The notes below the pieces were generated by a model that was given only the letters and a program-made list of their open reading frames with translations, was not told the origin of the DNA and ran no database searches. A stretch of DNA of 64,000 nt from positions 864,001 through 928,000 of the forward strand of contig OZ242326.1 of NCBI GenBank assembly GCA_965208325.1, in the 5' to 3' direction. A program made the position numbers and the translations under genes. This document shows, piece after piece, positions 59,424-64,000 of this stretch. Position 1 is the stretch's first letter; the number at the start of each line of letters is the position of its first letter. This DNA is from Candidatus Poribacteria bacterium. GTDB lineage: Bacteria; Poribacteria; WGA-4E; PCPOR2b.

Positions 59424-60347
59424 ATGGAAAACGGCTCGGCTTCGCTTGAAACAAACGTAGCGGGCATCCAAATGAAAAACCCGGTCATGACGGCTTCGGG
59501 GACATTTGGCTACGGCAACGAATACAGCGACTTCATCGATCTGAATCAACTCGGCGCAACGGTTGTCAAAGGCATTACGAGCGTACCTTGGCCCGGCAAC
59601 CCGATGGAACGAATTGCCGAAACGCCGTCAGGGATGCTCAATGCAATCGGTTTACAGAACGTCGGTGTAGACGGATTCATAGAAAAAAAGCTACCCTATC
59701 TCCGGAAATTCGATGTCCCCGTTATCGTGAATATTTGCGGTGAGCGGCGGGAAGAGTACGAGGAGGTCACGGAAAAACTGAACCTCACTGATGGGGTCGC
59801 TGCGGTAGAACTCAACATCTCTTGCCCTAACCTTCATTGCGGCGGAATGAGTTTTGGCGTTGACCCCGAATTGACCCATCAGCTTGTCAAAGCCGTGCGG
59901 GAAAAAACCGCGCTGCCGCTGCTCGTGAAGCTTTCGCCCAACGTCACGGACATAACTGCCATTGCCGCCGCCGCCGAAGATGCCGGTGCTGACGGACTAT
60001 CCGTAATTAACACGGTACTGGGTATGGCGATTGACGTAAATACACGGCAGCCAATGCTACAGAATGTTACTGGCGGGCTGTCTGGCCCGGCGATAAAGCC
60101 GATCGCGTTACGCATGGTCTGGCAGGTCTATAATGCCGTTAAGATACCCATCGTCGGCATGGGCGGAATTATGACTTCTGAAGACGCGCTCGAGTTTTTC
60201 ATTGCGGGCGCTTCCGCGGTTGCAGTTGGCACAGCGAACTTCGTCAATCCACGAGCCCCATTGGACATCATCCACGGCATCCGCGCCTATTTGGAACAGA
60301 ACGGGATTAGGTCGATTGCGGACCTGGTGGGAAGTTTGCAAACGTGA
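59424..60347 (+). CDS. pyrD: Dihydroorotate dehydrogenase 1B catalytic subunit
   Basis: ASGTFGYG, NAIGLQN, ELNISCPN, KLSPN, GGLSGPAIKP. Confidence 0.95.
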   Translation: MENGSASLETNVAGIQMKNPVMTASGTFGYGNEYSDFIDLNQLGATVVKGITSVPWPGNPMERIAETPSGMLNAIGLQNVGVDGFIEKKLPYLRKFDVPVIVNICGERREEYEEVTEKLNLTDGVAAVELNISCPNLHCGGMSFGVDPELTHQLVKAVREKTALPLLVKLSPNVTDITAIAAAAEDAGADGLSVINTVLGMAIDVNTRQPMLQNVTGGLSGPAIKPIALRMVWQVYNAVKIPIVGMGGIMTSEDALEFFIAGASAVAVGTANFVNPRAPLDIIHGIRAYLEQNGIRSIADLVGSLQT

Positions 60348-60396
60348 ATCCCGCCGCACATAAAATCATACTTGTGCGAAAATTGAGGTTGAAGCA

Positions 60397-61485
60397 ATGC
60401 GTCATTTCATAACACTCGATGACTTATCGAATTTTGAGATTGAACAGATCTTTCGACTTGCGGATCAGATGCGGACACAGATAGCAACTTGGTCGGGGTT
60501 TTGCAAAGGCAAATTGTTGGCAACGCTTTTCTATGAGCCGAGCACCCGGACTAGGCTGTCATTTGAAAGCGCCGTGGAACGCCTCGACGGGCGGGCAATC
60601 GGCTTCGCTGATCCGCATGCCGCATCCGTCGCCAAGGGCGAAACCATCGCCGATACAGTGCGCATGGTCGCCAACTATTCGGATATCATCGTTGTTCGCC
60701 ACAACTGGGCGGGTTCCGCACGAGTCATGGCGTGTTATTCTACCGTACCGGTCATCAACGGCGGGGATGGCAGCCATCGCCACCCCACGCAGGCGCTCAC
60801 GGATTTGTATACCATACTACAGCGGAAAGGCGGCATAGAAGGCATTAAGGTAGGCATCTGCGGTGATTTGCGCTACGGCAGGTCTGCCCACTCGCTTGCA
60901 CTTGCGGTGGCGCGATTCGGCGGGCGTCTCGTCCACATTGCCCCCCATGGCTTTCAGATGCCTGAGTGGGTTCTTAGCCGGGTGAAACATCTTTACGGCC
61001 AGGAACCGCTTGAGCGGGGTCATCTCAGCGATGTAATTGGTGAGCTTGATGTCATCTATGTCAATCGGCTTCAGCAGGAACGCCTGCCTCCGGAAATTGA
61101 TCGGGAGGCGGCAAGTAAAAGCTATCTCGTGAACTCTGCGGTGATGAGCGGCGCAAAATCCGATGCCATCATCATGCATCCACTGCCGCGAGTTAATGAA
61201 TTAGCTTATGAATTAGACGCCGACGGACGCGCCGCTTATTTTGAACAGTCAGCGAACGGAGTTCCCATTCGGATGGCACTGATTGCGAGCCTGCTAGGAC
61301 TAGAACAGTTAATTTTGACCCAACCGCCAGAGAGAAAAATCGCATCTGATAATCGTTCTTGTGATAATCTCAACTGCGTCACTGCCCACGAGCACTATCT
61401 GGAACCCGAAACTGAGATGATTACAGACGATTTGACGACTGCTGTATGTGCGTATTGCGGCGCTATCAAACCTGTGACGATGTGA
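60397..61485 (+). CDS. pyrB: Aspartate carbamoyltransferase with a C-terminal PyrI-like Zn domain
   Basis: FYEPSTRTRLSFE, HPTQAL, MHPLPR; tail CDNLNC..CAYC. Confidence 0.95.
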   Translation: MRHFITLDDLSNFEIEQIFRLADQMRTQIATWSGFCKGKLLATLFYEPSTRTRLSFESAVERLDGRAIGFADPHAASVAKGETIADTVRMVANYSDIIVVRHNWAGSARVMACYSTVPVINGGDGSHRHPTQALTDLYTILQRKGGIEGIKVGICGDLRYGRSAHSLALAVARFGGRLVHIAPHGFQMPEWVLSRVKHLYGQEPLERGHLSDVIGELDVIYVNRLQQERLPPEIDREAASKSYLVNSAVMSGAKSDAIIMHPLPRVNELAYELDADGRAAYFEQSANGVPIRMALIASLLGLEQLILTQPPERKIASDNRSCDNLNCVTAHEHYLEPETEMITDDLTTAVCAYCGAIKPVTM

Positions 61486-61509
61486 AGGGAATACTGCCGA
61501 CGCAACTCC

Positions 61510-62961
61510 ATGAACCGTGTTTTTGAAAATACTTCTGCGCTGTTTATCGCCCAACTCATTGGCCGCATCCTGTCCTTTGGCCTGATGGCTATCCTGATGC
61601 CTCGCTACTTCACAGAGGCGGCATTGGGCAGTTACATCACGGCGATGTCCCTTACCAATTTAATCGCCGTCCTTGCCGAATTGGGTATGCAATCTCCGTT
61701 AATCCGTGAGATGACATTGCATCGCAGACAGGCACGCCATTTCTTGGGGAACGCATTAATTATAAGAATTCTCTCGTCGATTATTGCCTTTGGGTTGATG
61801 GTCGGAACCGGCTATGTGATTGGTCATTTGCTTGACTTGCAGCAAAATTTTTTGCGAATGATTCTACTGCTCGGTTTAGCTGATATCATTAACTCAACCG
61901 CTCTACTCTTCCGGTATGTTTTTCGCGCGTTTGAACGGATGGGGTATGAGGCACTCACGGTAGTAGTGGAGCGTTCATTAGTTGTCTTCGTTGGAGGCGT
62001 GTTTATTGGGTTGGGGATGAATCTAGTTAATTTCTGCGCTGTGGTGTTAGTTGCAAGCATCTTCAACCTCCTCCTCAGTATCGGCATTGTTGCTAGAAGG
62101 TTCATTCCGCTGGGATTCCATGCCGATCTGGGGATTTGGAAGTCGCTGATGCGCCAGGCTTTGCCCTTTGCGGTCGGCAATATCTGCAACCTAATCTACT
62201 TTCGAATTGACAGGGTCCTACTCCCCATATTAAGTCCGCATGGGGTTACTGCCAACGCCTGGTACGGTTTAGCGTATTCACTAGTGATTGCTTTCACGAT
62301 ACTGCCGGGAGCATTCATGGGTGCAATGTTCCCGGTGATGGCGCGGACTTTTGTGGAAAAACGGAGGGAATTTGGCGGCATTTACACCGACGCCCTTCGA
62401 TGGATGTTTCTGGTAGGCGTCCCCTTCGCTGTCGGGATGGCAACTTTATCGGAAAAAATATCTTCCGTCCTATTTCCGAATTATGAATGGACCGCCATTG
62501 CCCCCGCTTTGCGCCTGTTGAGTTGGTCTGCGGGACTGAGTTTCCTTACAACTGTCGCAGTCTCAGTGCTGCGGGTTACTGACAAACGCCGCGCTTTCTC
62601 GATTTTTATGGGAACAACAGCTTTTCTCAATATTGCGTTAAATCTGATTCTCATCCCTCGCTTTAACCACGTCGGCGCAGCCATGGCGATGATCATTAGC
62701 GAGGTGTACCTCTTTATCGGGAGTTTTATTTATATAACCCTGCGAATTTCGAAATTAACCTACATCAGTTTTGCAATCAAAACGGGCATTGTTTCCGCAC
62801 TGATGGGGGCAGCCTTGATGTTTCTTCGAGACCGCTTTTCAATCTGGCTATTGATTCCGTGTGCAATGATATTTTATCTTGCCGCAATGGCCGCCGTTGG
62901 AGAACTCAGACGGGGTATAATCCCAAAAGGAATGGAACTCACGGATGAATCGTCTTTTTAA
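61510..62961 (+). CDS. Wzx-like polysaccharide flippase (MOP superfamily)
   Basis: RVFENT..Q, ELG...LIRE, IYFRID, NLILIPRF..GAA; 12-14 TM segments. Confidence 0.85.
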   Translation: MNRVFENTSALFIAQLIGRILSFGLMAILMPRYFTEAALGSYITAMSLTNLIAVLAELGMQSPLIREMTLHRRQARHFLGNALIIRILSSIIAFGLMVGTGYVIGHLLDLQQNFLRMILLLGLADIINSTALLFRYVFRAFERMGYEALTVVVERSLVVFVGGVFIGLGMNLVNFCAVVLVASIFNLLLSIGIVARRFIPLGFHADLGIWKSLMRQALPFAVGNICNLIYFRIDRVLLPILSPHGVTANAWYGLAYSLVIAFTILPGAFMGAMFPVMARTFVEKRREFGGIYTDALRWMFLVGVPFAVGMATLSEKISSVLFPNYEWTAIAPALRLLSWSAGLSFLTTVAVSVLRVTDKRRAFSIFMGTTAFLNIALNLILIPRFNHVGAAMAMIISEVYLFIGSFIYITLRISKLTYISFAIKTGIVSALMGAALMFLRDRFSIWLLIPCAMIFYLAAMAAVGELRRGIIPKGMELTDESSF

Positions 62962-62989
62962 TCTTCTCTTTTTATAGGGTGCGTTATCC

Positions 62990-63484
62990 TCAGGATTCTC
63001 TGTGAATTTCAAAGGTCTGTATCACTTCATTTGCTAGAAGCCGCTGAGAAATTATTTCCAGCTTTGCTCGATCTAAACTGCCTTGTATCCAGTATTTTTC
63101 TCCGGTCTGCGCAGCCTGAACGCCCATAATATTCGCATCACGAATTCCTTTGAGGACGCTATCGCCAACCGCATCTGTCACACCGGACTTAAATCGAATT
63201 TCTATCGCCCAGGTGTTTGTAAGTAAAGCTGAACGAACACCTTGCGAAGGCAAATTATCCTTGATTTTCCTGTAAACGTAACGCTGCGTTACCGGATCCG
63301 CAAGGAGATTGGAACAGATACACTCAACCGCTTGTGAATCGATATTTCCTTCAATCCAATAAATTTGCGCGGTACGAACCGAGGTAACACCAGCGATGCC
63401 CAAGTCGGCAATATCTTCGAGGATGCTTTTCCCAACAACATCTGGTGCATCGGACTTGCCGCAAATTTCAATCTTCCATTTCAA
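62990..63484 (-). CDS. purS: Tandem (two-domain) PurS-like subunit of FGAM synthase
   Basis: Two similar halves: D.VG.S.L..I...Y.I.G...LLADPV and GVTDAVG...LLANEVIQ. Confidence 0.75.
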   Translation of the reverse strand: MKWKIEICGKSDAPDVVGKSILEDIADLGIAGVTSVRTAQIYWIEGNIDSQAVECICSNLLADPVTQRYVYRKIKDNLPSQGVRSALLTNTWAIEIRFKSGVTDAVGDSVLKGIRDANIMGVQAAQTGEKYWIQGSLDRAKLEIISQRLLANEVIQTFEIHRES

Positions 63485-63579
63485 TCTTTAGGTCTCCTGA
63501 TTGAACATCCCGATCCGCCGGCTGCTTGGCTGTTGCTAGCCTCGTACATTTAATTCATTGAATCATTAAGGAGTAAAGC

Positions 63580-63855
63580 GTGCCGACCGAAAAAGCTAAC
63601 GCACGAATTCTCATGATTATTGTAAGTGTAATTGGACTAATTTTTGCCATTGTTATGGTAATCCTGTTCTTCAACGCGGCTCCCGCGCTTTCTGACCTAC
63701 CAGAACACCGCACCTACACGGACGCTCCCGCGTGTTTGAAATGCCACCTAATCGGGGATGCAAAAGAATCGCCTACCATGCCCCACATTAACGTTGGCGC
63801 CTGCCATCTCTGTCACAGTCTCGCTGAAGAACAACAGGAAGGTGTGCCGCAATAA
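63580..63855 (+). CDS. Small membrane-anchored diheme cytochrome c
   Basis: AAGGAG RBS + GTG, TM helix, CLKCH and CHLCH, PEH/MPH candidate distal ligands. Confidence 0.75.
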   Translation: MPTEKANARILMIIVSVIGLIFAIVMVILFFNAAPALSDLPEHRTYTDAPACLKCHLIGDAKESPTMPHINVGACHLCHSLAEEQQEGVPQ

Positions 63856-64000
63856 CCAATTGCACATTCCAAACCACATCAACAGCCGTATCCGCACTTT
63901 AGCATATTTGACCAAATAATGCAAGTGTCGGGCCGCAATTGCATCTTCGAAGGCGACACCGATAATCTACCGATTTCACAAATGGCGCGAGACATGTTGT

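Noticed and set aside
63856..64000. Partial gene at the right edge
   Set aside because: No frame gave a recognisable protein

Overview
Bacterial chromosomal window of moderate GC. The gene content and many short palindromic intergenic repeats resemble sponge-symbiont lineages such as Ca. Poribacteria, but this is an unverified impression. 1-25 kb: octaheme HAO-family cytochrome c with a membrane partner, 3-hydroxybutyrate dehydrogenase, sarcosine-oxidase-like enzyme, a beta-oxidation/acyl-CoA run (FadN, FadA, DASS transporter, acyl-CoA ligase), a cyclase-ATPase-TPR protein, DacB and a CoA-transferase/acyl-CoA dehydrogenase pair. 25-43.4 kb is an accessory block: UvrD helicase-nuclease + type III-like Mod/Res + HNH-like gene, envelope/outer-membrane proteins, a truncated IS5-family transposase, and an orphan phage terminase pair (putative TerS + TerL) behind a near-consensus sigma70 promoter with no other phage gene in the window. 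43.4-64 kb: MFS transporter, tandem GH127-like paralogues, Rieske ferredoxin, a eukaryote-like Gln-dependent NAD synthetase, a PIN/UPF0175 toxin-antitoxin pair, selenoneine genes senA-senB, a metallophosphoesterase-propeller fusion, a repeat lipoprotein, pyrK-pyrD-pyrB, a flippase, tandem PurS and a small diheme cytochrome. No rRNA, tRNA or CRISPR array was seen. Best novelty candidates: the stand-alone terminase cassette, the helicase-nuclease-extended R-M operon and the eukaryote-type NAD synthetase. All family calls come from reading motifs by eye; no searches were run.
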